DNA from: Yuukianura sp. NJ FZ-2021
Lineage: Eukaryota
Length of the DNA stretch: 64,000 nucleotides
Direction of reading: 5' to 3'
Assembly: GCA_046563655.1 (NCBI GenBank)
Contig: CM102285.1
Span: 496,001-560,000, forward strand
Shown: piece by piece, positions 50,801-61,454 of the stretch
Position numbering within the stretch: position 1 is the first letter of the stretch
Layout of the letters: each line of letters begins with the position of its first letter
The notes under the pieces: generated by a model
Database searches by the model: none
Seen by the model: only the letters and a program-made list of their open reading frames with translations
Told to the model about the DNA's origin: nothing
Position numbers and translations under genes: made by a program

Positions 50801-53800
50801 GCAAATTTGACCCCTGTTATGCACTATTCACATGTTAAACATTTAAGCCGCATTTTCTACCCCCTGATCAGTCTTAATTTAACAACGTAAATTAACATAT
50901 TGTCGGAAAATGAGCAGATCAAAACTTCGTTGTTAAAAAATATTTTGAGTATAATGCAGACCTAACACAAAATTTTGACGACTTAAGAAACAGCAACGCG
51001 AAACAGCCGCATACTTTGGCGTTGTTAATGTACGACTTTGAGTGCAATGTAGAGCTAATAGAAACACTTGAGCCAAACATAACCCCCCGACTGCGATGGG
51101 GCTAATGTTTCAGTGCAAAAGATACTAAAAAAGCGAACGGACGGACAGACGGACAGACAAAGTCGTATCAATAGTCTTCTTCAGCACGTCGTAGACGTGC
51201 GTCTCCAGAAGACTAAAAAGCGAACGGACAGACAGACAAAGTCGTATCAATACTCTTCTTCAGCACGTCGTAGACGTGCGTCTCCAGAAGACTAAAACTT
51301 TTTAGACATGATTGATAAGAACAAACTACTTACTAAACAACCTGGAACTGCATTGTCCATGTTGCCCTGACAATATAATAGCAAACACAGCGTTAATCAA
51401 GCTGCCTCAAAATAATGTTTAAAAAACCGTTTGCATCAACAAGTTGCAACTGAGCTGTGAACACTTTTTACTCACTCCAACATTATTTTGATGCACAGTA
51501 CAACGTTTATGTATTCTTTGTAGTCATAAGTGTGCATCATGCACAAAATTGAACGTTGATTGAAGCAGTCGAATGTCAAAGTAATGGTTCAAGTACATGC
51601 ACAATGTGACATTTGTATGCAACTGCTTATACCGTGTGCGCCAGCGAAAAGAGTACACCCTCAATTCAGTTTCCAAGGAAACTAGCTTAAAAATGAGCAA
51701 ACAATGGGGGCGGGGGGAAAACGACAGAGCAAAATATGTGAAAATTGTGTTTCCATTTTTTTCAAGGAAGAGGAAATTATTAGCCTGTCGATATTAGTTT
51801 TTCAGTACGTTTATCTTTTAATTAGGAACTGCTTCGTTGTACATAATGCCTTAGTATAGGACTCAACATCGCGCAGAAATGGTAGCTTATTACTATCACC
51901 AATCCAGTTTTAGAAAAGCCCAGTGTTTTCAGTGCCGTCCATCCAAATCTTCCGATTCCTAGTATTTTTACCATTCAGAGAGCTGTGAAGAAACACGGCA
52001 GCCAAGCAAATCCAAAAAAAGTCGCAACCAAAAAAGCTACCAATGACATGACCGCTGCATCCATTTTAGCCTATGTTTCTGCAAATCCACATGACTCAAC
52101 ACGAAGAATTGCACAGAGGTCAGGAATTTCAGCAACTTCTGTACGAAGAATCCTGAAACGCGAACGATTTCATCCATATAAGATAAGATGGAATTCCATC
52201 ACGCCTTAACTGACGATGACCCGAAAAGACGAATCGAATTTTGTGAGCAAATGATGGACATGTGCCTGCAGGATCCCAATTTGGTGTCAAAAATTTGCTT
52301 CACTGATGAGGCCACATTCTTTTTGAATGGGCGCATGAACCATCAAAACTTTCGGTTTGTAATGTCCACTTAACCAATTCTTGTGATTCCCATTCAAATT
52401 AAGATGAAATTATCCAGAAGCAAATTTGAAGATCGCTTAGGTTATTGTATTGTAGCAGAAGGTCGCCATTTTGAGCAAAATATGTAATATGTTTCCCCAC
52501 ATAGTTTCCTTGGTTTCGAAAATAAATAAGTTTTTGAAATTTTGGGTGTACTCTTTTCGTTGGCGCACACGGTATGTGTGCATCATGCACAAAATTGAGC
52601 GTGGAGTACGAGGCCTCGAATACAGCTTGTTTAAATTCAAAATCATAAAGTTTCGTGTGAATGCAAATTTGACCCCTTTCATTCACTCTTCACATATTAA
52701 ACATTTAAGCCGGATTTTCTACACTCTAACTAGGCTTAAATTAACAATGTGAATAGACATACTGTCAGAAAATGACAGGGTCAAAACTTCGTTGTTTAAA
52801 TATATTTTGAGTGTAATCGAAACCAAAATGTTTCCGGGAAACGACTGCACCTAGGGTGCATAAAGTGGCCGCCCATTTCCACGTTGTTAATATAACACTT
52901 TGAGTGCAATGTAGACTTAATGAAAACACTTGAGGCATACATAACCCCCCGGACAAAATGGAGCTTATGTTTTAGCGCCAAGTATCCTAAAAAATGTGAC
53001 AGACAGACAGACAGACAAAGTCGTATCAATAGCCTTCTTCAGCACGTCGTAGACGTGCGTCTCCAGAAGACTAAAACGGTTCAAACGTTTTCCTTTAGAA
53101 CGCTATAGCGTAGCGTTTATTAACAGAGCATTTTTTGAATACTACCTAAATGCAGTTTCAATTGCATATTTACATTAATGTGTTTTTTATTTCTGAACCT
53201 TAATTTAAAAACACTTGGACGAAACTTAAATACTAGAGATAAAATATTTCCAATAATTCTCTTCCGGGAGGAAGCGTTCCTAAGATTGAGGCACAGTTGC
53301 CACGTTGCATTTCAAGGCTAATTCTCTGGAAAAGGAATGACGTGGCTTTTTGTTCCCCAGTGTAGTCAGCAATCCGTTGGCCAATAGACTTCAGTATCTT
53401 CAGACCTTCGTCTCCAATGACCCCGGATGATTCAATTGCGATGATTGATACGATGAAACGATCTTCAAGTTCTGCGTAGACGTTATGTTTGTGTGTTTCG
53501 GCGAGAGCAGCGGCATGTCCGCAGACGTTTGAACATGAGTGGACATAGGATGATGCGAACGTATCCCGACATGTAAAATCCCACGCTAAGGAACGACCAG
53601 ACTTCCAAGGAATTAATGTGATGCCATCCGGTCGTTTTCCGTCAGATCTCGAACAACCGGGCGGTTCCTTGATGCTTGGAATTCCTGCTGAGCGAAGCGC
53701 TCGAAAGATTAAGTCGTTGACAGAGGTATGTCTGGAGTGGCGTCCAGCGCTTTTTAAACAGCTTAGGCCGTGAAGTCCGTCGCTAGAAACTTGAGCTCCG

Positions 53801-56800
53801 CAAACACATTTGTGTGAAAGGCAGATATCTGAGCCGAGGCGTAGAGCACATGAGATTCTGAAGCATTCGTTATTTAGCAGGGTGCCAAGTTGAGGAGAAG
53901 GAATCGCGTTCAGCCAGTCACCGGCATGTGGAGAAGCGACAGCAAGAAGGCGAGCTTTGTCAGTAGGCGTTGAGCAATTGTTAAGCAGCTCGTTGTAGGT
54001 ACTTTGACTGATTTCAAAGTCCCATTGTCTTTGTATTTTTGGATTTTCTGGAAGCACGAATCCTTTCTCTAACCATTGTGTAGAAGCCAGATCCAAAGAC
54101 AGATCGGAACGTGACAGATTGCTTGGCAGAAAGAGGTCGACGAGATCAGAACAGCAGTGGATTGAAGCCAAAAATGAAACGGTAGCACAATCGACTGCAT
54201 GACGGATTCCCAGACCTCCTTGGGAGACAGGAAGAGAAGATTGTAGCCAAGAGGAATCTGATAAGTTGATGTTCAGGGTGTTCACTAAGACTTGACGAAG
54301 AGAATTGTCGTAGGTTGTTAGTAGGTCGTTTTCCAGGAATGATGGGAAGCAACGTAGGAAGTAAATCAGCCTCGGGGTAGAAATAGAAGCTCGTAGGAGG
54401 AATAGTGCTGCGTGGGCAGGCAGTAAAGAGAGCTTAGCAGAGAGGCGACTGAAATCTTCAGTTTTCTTTTTGATTATGCGACGGCAGGAAGCAGTGGTTA
54501 GAGGTGCACCAAGCAGTTCGGCGTTTTCTTGGTTGGGGACGCCAATGTCGGCGGCAAAAGCGCGAAAAGAATTCACGATGGAGCAACTTTCAGATGGACT
54601 TGCGCTGAGGACAATGATTTCACATTTCTTGAAGTTGAGTTGTAGGCCAAAAGTAGCAGCATCTTCATCAATTCGCTTCAGTTCAGATAAGACGGCATCA
54701 GGAGAGTCTCCAATAGTAGCATCATCAAGATACCAGACATTGAATTCCGACTTGATAGAAGTAGCCAGAGGATGGACTGTCAGGGCAAAGAGGGCTGGAC
54801 CAAGGGGATCCCCTGCTGCACACCTAGACTGGACTTGATTCGGCAGGATCCATAGAACAAGTCGGAATCCGTTGAGTAGGATTGAGATATGAAGTTGTAG
54901 AACTCAGGGAAGTTATGTTTTACTGATTGCAGCATTTTGTCTCTTCGAATAAGATTGAATGCGTTGCGGAAGTCTAACTTGAGCAGCACCTTAGGAGATG
55001 GATGAGGAGTATTTGTGTAGATTCTAGCAGCATGGGCGATTGCTTCTGCTCCGTTTTTCACACCAACGCCAACTTGTGCAGGACTCAGGAATGGGGTAAG
55101 ATTCTTCATCATTTCGGACAGGACGAGTTTCGAAACTAGGCGCCGCCAAACCAAACCAATTGCAATCGGACGAATGCCTCCTGTTTTCTTCTCAATGGCG
55201 ACCAGCGAGGCTCCGAAAAATAGTGGACGAATTTGATCAGGAAGAGAACCATTAACAACGAGATTCGCTAACTTCGTAATCGAAGATATGAGGTTGATCC
55301 CTGCATCTCCCGTTGATTTTCCGATTAGCTCCTTGAGAATTTGTGGTCGCAAAGAATCTAGGCCTCCTGAAGAACCATTCCGGAATGATAGGATGGACTT
55401 TGTTATTTGTTGATCTTCCAAATGGATTTCGTTTGGCTGTGTTTGAACAGGAAGTTGACTTGGTTCGGGGTGTTTTGGATGCAGAAGCTGTAGGGCGGCA
55501 AGTGTGGCAGTATCTTCGGTAGCCAAAGAGTCGTCGCAGCAGAGTATACGAACAGCTCCGTGGATGTCGCCATCAGCAAGCTTGGAGAGAATCCGAGAAG
55601 ACAATTTAAAGTCTGAAGGTTTTTTCTGACTGGAGTGGAAACCGGAATTGGAGATTGAAGATGAGTGCAGGTTCAAAGGTAATGATGAAGGGAAGTTAGA
55701 AATCTTGTACTTCACCCACGTTGTTAGATTGGAAACATTGTCAGACTTCTTAGGTGAAGACAGAATGAAGAAAGGAAATAATAATAGTCTTGACCAGGAC
55801 TCCTTGGAATTACACGAGACGACATCATTGATCAACTTGGAAAGGCATTCAGCCGTTGAACGTCTGGCTCCCTTCGGAACATGTTTGAGAGTGGGAACTG
55901 ATGTTTTCAGATTGGCGAGCAGTAGACCGAGGTCGTGGTTTTGAGATTTATCAAATTCATTTGACGGAAAGTTTGTCCAGGTAATGCCACAGTAGGAACG
56001 ATCAGCATGTCTGCGACCACCGGCACGAGTGATGGTCAAATCGGGGAATAGTTTGTGTAACTTGGATCCCAGTGTAGCTTCAACAACCGGACGAATTTTG
56101 TTTGAATCACAGTACTCACGGTATCTTGATTTGAGGTCAAGTTTAGTTATCGTAGATCCAGGACATGAAGTAATGTTAGATAAAATCCATTCTTCAGTGA
56201 GCCTGATGTAGTGTGACGAGTACATTAATTATTTGGTAAATTAAAAATTTATCAGTTAATTGTTTCAATTAAATTACATCGTAAGGAGACGAATCTCATC
56301 TCTGGATTTTTAAAGTTTTCCTTACCCGCTTCTAATATGGACATAAGAATTGCCGTCACTAAGAAATCCTTATGACGGCTATTATTTTGTCTTACTAAGA
56401 ATGGTAGTGGAAACACTCTACCAACCTTGATGACACTGTAATCGGCCTAGAAAATTGAAATCAATGCTGCCCCACAAAAATTCCTAGTGGACAGACAAGG
56501 GAGCACGCCATTGGTTCAAATGAATTGGTTCAAATCCAATTGGTTCAAATGAAAAGGTTCAAAACCAATTGGTTCAAATGAAAAGACTCAAAACCAATTG
56601 GTTCAAGAGGCCAAGACTCGCCGATAGAAGTGGACAGACAAAAGTGGATTCTTACAAAAGTGGATATTTTACAAATCCTACTTTACGAATGAGTACCCTA
56701 CAAAAGAGGATACCTACAAAAGTGGATCCTTACAGAAGTGGATTGCGACAAAAATGGATATGCTTCCTGGTAGTCAACCTACTACACTAGCATTGTTTAC

Positions 56801-58251
56801 GTAATCTAACCTAACCTAACCTAACGAAAACCAACATCAAAAATCAAAAAACCTAACCTTGACCTGAACCGAAAGTCATTAATACTCGAATACCTAGCCT
56901 AACCTATGATGAAAAAAGTTGAGAGAAATTAAAATTATTATAAGTGCCTACAAAATGTTTTTTTTTAATCCCGAAGCACAAAATTCCTATCCAAAAGTAA
57001 AATAGTTCAATATCCACTTTTGCCGCAATCCTCTTTTGTAAGGGTCCACTTTTGTAAGAATCCTCTTCTGTAAAGATCCACTTTTGTAAGTATCCTCTTT
57101 TGTAGGGTACGGATTTGTAAAGTAGGATTTGTAAAATATCCACTTTTGTAAGAGTCCACTTTTGTCTATCCACTTCTGTCGGCGGACCCAAAAACTAAAT
57201 AAATATATTTATTTAGTACCAAATCCGGTTTCATCTTCCCGCGCCGAAGGCGCGTTGTTAGGTTAGGTTATTAAATTCCCCGTAGGGATACCAAGTTAGG
57301 TTAGTAGTTAGGTTTCTGCAGCCTGTTTTTTTTAAGTTAATTAGGTTTTGAACAAATTGGTCTGTTGAACCAATTAGCATCTTGAACCAAATAGTTTTGA
57401 ACCAATTTTCTTTTGAACAAATTTACCGCTTGAACCAATTGGTCTCTTGAACCAATTGGTTTTGAACCTTTTCATTTGAACCAATTGGATTTGAAACAAT
57501 TCAATTGATCCAATGGCATGGAACCGTGGACAATAGCCTTAACGGAGGCGAAAAAACTGCTAACTTTGCGAGAACCGAATGCCCTCCCCTTTCTATTCTA
57601 CTATACACTTTAACCACAGGCAGACTTTTAAATTTAATTATGTTACATTTTTAATTTTTAGAGCTTGGATTGGTGAACATATACATGAAGTGTTGCGATA
57701 TCGTGCCTCCCGGTCTCGTAGACAATTGCACCGCATCGGATAAATGGCAAGAAATTAAAAGTTGCGACAATGTAAAGGGTAGCAAACTAATCGAATGCAA
57801 GTATGAGACGTCACTTGGCACTGCAAAAGCAACCATGAGTAGTCAAACAAGGGCAGTAATGAATGCGCTAGAAGCTGCTAAAAGCGTATCTGATGGGTTC
57901 AATGAAGATTTTGATCTAGTCGGTTTAAAAGCACGTTTTTCTGCCATTCGCGGAAACACGACGGGCTACGATTGGAGCAAAGAGTCATCTGACACGTTTC
58001 AATACCTAACTACAACTACTAGCATAGTCAATGTTACTGCGGGGATACACACTACGTTATTTCAGGTCGTTGGAACCTGTGGCATGTACACAGTCTACTC
58101 GTCTACAATAGTACGCGTGGATACCAAAGTTTCAGATTCTGCGCCTCCGCCTAAGGTGTTACCAAGTGGCTTCCTGTGTGACAAAAACAGCACGACAACC
58201 GGCACCAATATCGGAAAATCAAACCTGACCAATCTTATACCACCAACTTAG
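47894..58251 (+). CDS. Type B1: signal peptide + VMO-I domain + aerolysin-like C-terminal domain (~404 aa), with an 8.7-kb TE-filled intron
   Basis: Exons 47894-48137, 48567-48947 and 57662-58251 in frame: GEWDNCDKGEYAIG, DGTAINGVCINC, CLAGQAVCGIRTQVD, GLVNIYMKCC...YETSLGT...GYDWSKESSDTF...TLFQVVGTCG. Confidence 0.8.
48160..48497. mobile_element. MITE in intron 1 of gene B1
   Basis: ggattatacctatatgtgcgcatgttaaaa is mirrored by ttttaacatgcgcacgtacaggtataatcc. Confidence 0.7.
49340..53075 (+). mobile_element. Tandem, diverged Helentron/HINE (DINE-1-like) non-autonomous repeats
   Basis: Repeated ~1-kb blocks; three 3' ends (about 51130-51215, 51220-51296 and 52995-53075) with a (GACA)n microsatellite followed by hairpin gcacgtcgtagacgtgc and ...ccagaagactaa. 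Confidence 0.6.
51632..52572 (+). mobile_element. Deleted Tc1/mariner element with transposase remnants
   Basis: TA-ccgtgtgcgccagcgaaaagagtacaccc...gggtgtactcttttcgttggcgcacacgg-TA; frameshifted STRRIAQRSGIS..SVRRILK..FHPYK and ICFTDEATFFLNG. Confidence 0.85.
53233..56225 (-). mobile_element. CRE-clade-like non-LTR retrotransposon (RT + restriction-like endonuclease), one frameshift near 54810
   Basis: GGIRPIAIG, KLDFRNAFN, GVQQG/DPLGPALF, WYLDD, CVCG..HGLSC..RH, RPDG..WDFTC; the two ORFs join if one G is added. Confidence 0.9.
56508..57518. mobile_element. Two nested inverted-repeat (foldback/MITE) elements
   Basis: Outer arms are aattggttcaaa / tttgaaccaatt arrays; inner arms (56620-56760 and 57010-57190) are tacaaaagtgga / tccacttttgta arrays. 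Confidence 0.7.
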
Positions 58252-58344
58252 CTTGGAAGTAGGATTACTTTATTTGAAAGAAATACATTTAAAATACAAT
58301 GTCCGGTTTCAACAAGGTTACTTGACACCAAATTATATTTTCTA

Positions 58345-58561
58345 CAACAGGTTGTTCAATAACTCTAAGTTTTATCAGTTTTGAGTGAAAACAATTTTTT
58401 GCGCCAATTATGTTTACTCCACCAAATCTGCGTCATTCGTGTTCCACTAACATTACAACAAATTCGATTTTAAAAGACATTGCCAGAGAAACGAGGCTGA
58501 AGTGACTCGGTTTCATTTTTGAAAATTTTCGCAGAAAACGCAGAAAAGGAACAACCTGTTG
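58345..58561. mobile_element. Short derivative of the 44-46 kb mariner family
   Basis: TA-caacaggttgttc...gaacaacctgttg-TA, similar to the 44093/46255 TIRs. Confidence 0.6.
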
Positions 58562-58905
58562 TAGAAAAAACAATCTGCTCGTTTCGCAAGCTCGAGTTTC
58601 TAATAAAAAAAAATTAGTAAGTCAATAACGAATTTGGTATTAAAATATCTGTCTTTATGGAGAAATTAGGCTGCTGTTAATGGTATTAAGCCTCACCACA
58701 CCCGCAGTACGACAAATTTATGTGGTTTTCTAAAAAAGATAATAGGCGCCACATCTCAAAATTTCCTTGAACTATACTCCAGCTTTTCCATTTACCAGAT
58801 CCTATTGAAATGAGATCGAAAAACGTAAGAAAAAGTTGGCTGAACAATCATTCTCTGAACAATAGTTTTTATAAATTTTTTAAACAGGATTTCGCTACTA
58901 CTGAA

Positions 58906-61035
58906 ATGTTGAGATGGTTTGTACTTCCCGCATTGTTTACCGCAGCTACGTCAGCCGCTGCTGAAGTCTGCATACAACCAAATTTGACACTCGCGAGCGG
59001 ATCAACAGTACTCAAAAGTCCGGTTTTAGAGGAATTTGGAGCGTGGGGCAAGTGGGACGCATGTCCCCCGGGCACTTTTTTTGCTGGCGTTCAGCTCAAA
59101 GTTGACGCAGGGCGACCCAAATACAACACAATTCCACCTTATAAGGACCACTATGACAACACAGCACTCAATGGAGTTCGGTTCCTTTGTTCAAAAGTTG
59201 GAGAAAACCGGTTTACCAAAGAGCAACCAATAAGTGCCGTAGGTCATTATGGTGAGTGGTTAGCACCGTTGTTCTGCGACATTGGTGTCATCAATGGATT
59301 CCAATTGCGTCACGCCATTTATGTCAACAACACCTTAATAAAAGCAGTAGAGGACAGAGTCGACAACATGGGAGTGGTTAACTTGCGTATTCACTGCGTC
59401 AAAACGGAAAACCGCATGCTTTGGCTGGAAGGCAGCGTTCGAGATCAACAAGACGCTTTCCCTGAGTGAGTAATGTTTAAAATTTAAAAACTGAGTCAAA
59501 TTCTGGAAGACCAGAATTTTTGAGGTCTAAACTGCCGGTGTTATTTAGGTCTCCAAGCTACAAAAATCCAAGGGTTTGGGTTGAAAAACAAATTTGCGGA
59601 GCGGGACAAGCTTTAACAGCTGTTCGGACGCAAGTAGATCTACGCAAAAAAGGTACTATAATATATAAATACTATATATTTATTACATATTTATATTGCA
59701 TATTTACTATATTATACATATACTATATAGTGGGCGTCAGCTAAAACAGTGCATCCCAAATTGTTTAATTTTGCAGCTATTAGGGAAAACCAGTAAAATT
59801 AGACGATTTTAAAAAAATCAATCATAAGAGTTAACTAAAGTTTCACATTTTTAGTTATCTTTACTTCCATGTTAACCTTATTTCCAACTCGTTTCTATGC
59901 TAAAAGATTACACCCCTAACAAAATAGGGGTGTACTCTTTTAGCTGACGCGGACTGTATAAACACTATAATATGCGTATATAATGTAGCCTTAAGAGGTT
60001 AAAATGGTTAAGTTTTAGGTTGTTTTTTTTCAATCTTTTATAAAATTTACATTTTTGATCAATTTTGTGTTAACTTTTTTATGTATAGTAAATAGTAAAG
60101 ATGCGGCCAAAACCAACGACGTAAGGGGCTTGATAAACATTGAGATGCGATGTGACCATATCAAGACGTCCTTAGAAACATGCGATCCAAAACTCTTTTA
60201 TCAACAGATTCTGGAATGCAACAACATTAAGGGAGCGGGCCCTCTAAGTTGCAGGTATTAAATACAACCTACAGAAAAACTTATAACTATGGGTCACATG
60301 GCTGGAGAGGCAACGAACGAGAGTGCAGAAAAAATAGGTTCTATCTAGGAGGCACTCTAACCCTTGAGCTATCAGGTCCCAATTCTACAACCTCTCGAAG
60401 AATGGAGCAATTAGAACACCACATTCTGTTGTGTAGTTCAATGTTAAGGTTTATATGTTTTTCAATTTTAATGCTATGTATCGGAAGCTTTAATGCTAAG
60501 GTTATTTACGTTGATGCTATGTATGTTAGCGTTCATAATGTTTTGTTATGCTAACGTTCTGCTATGTTACAGATACGAAACAAAGGTTGGTACGCAGTCA
60601 TCTCAGGCCAATCGCAAAACGGAGAACAACATGCGTTCTATCCTCGGTTCTCTTGGCGTTTCTGCAGAAGTGAAAGTGGCCGGTTTTTATACTAAAATGA
60701 ACGCAATGATTTCGGCGGGAGTGGACAACGGAGACACGAGTATCAACGAAACATCGGAATTTTGGCAAGGAGAAACCACTTCAGGCGCTTCAGTTACCGT
60801 CGAGGCCAACCGGGTTCAACGAATTTTCCAAGTCCTCGGTTCCTGTGGAGATACAGAAGTAAGAACATCCAGAATTATTGTAGACGAGAGAATCGGTGAC
60901 GTTCCGAATACATTACCGAAAACTGGGTTCGTGTGTACCGATCCAAGGAAAGTTCCTGGCGGTAAAACCCGAAAGTTGCCGTCAGTCAAGCACTTCCAAC
61001 GCTCCGATAAAGCAAACACCAAAGACGAATTTTGA
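58906..61035 (+). CDS. Type A2: signal peptide + VMO-I domain + aerolysin-like C-terminal domain, ends in KDEF (~430 aa)
   Basis: Exons 58906-59465, 59549-59652, 60089-60254 and 60573-61035 in frame; same intron positions as A1; DNTALNGVRFLCS, CGAGQALTAVRTQVD. Confidence 0.87.
59729..59956. mobile_element. Mariner-type MITE in an intron of A2
   Basis: gcgtcagctaaaacagtgcatccc is mirrored by ggggtgtactcttttagctgacgc; TIR similar to the 51632 element. Confidence 0.6.
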
Positions 61036-61454
61036 ACTTTACTAGCTTACAATATATTATAATATATTATTATAATAGTATATAATATATAATATAATAT
61101 ATTATAATATATTATTGCCTTTTGCATATTAGCATTTCAAACCATAGTGAAATCTAAGTATACATCAGAGTGGAATAAATTCCGAGTCCAGCATTAACTC
61201 TGTTTGCAATATGTTCATTCTCTCTTCTTTTTTTATTTCATTGCGGACAACGACCTACGTTAATTGCTAATTAATTTAGCAGTTGTTAGGTTGATTTATT
61301 AATTAATTTAGTAATTTTGTCAACTAAACACAAATTTGAGACTTGTTTCGTGGTACCATATCTCTTCCCTTACAAGTTTGTTGCACTCTGCATTCACAAG
61401 TTATAACAAAATTGTTCTTAAATAGATCATTTTAGATTGTACCAAATTTACAAC

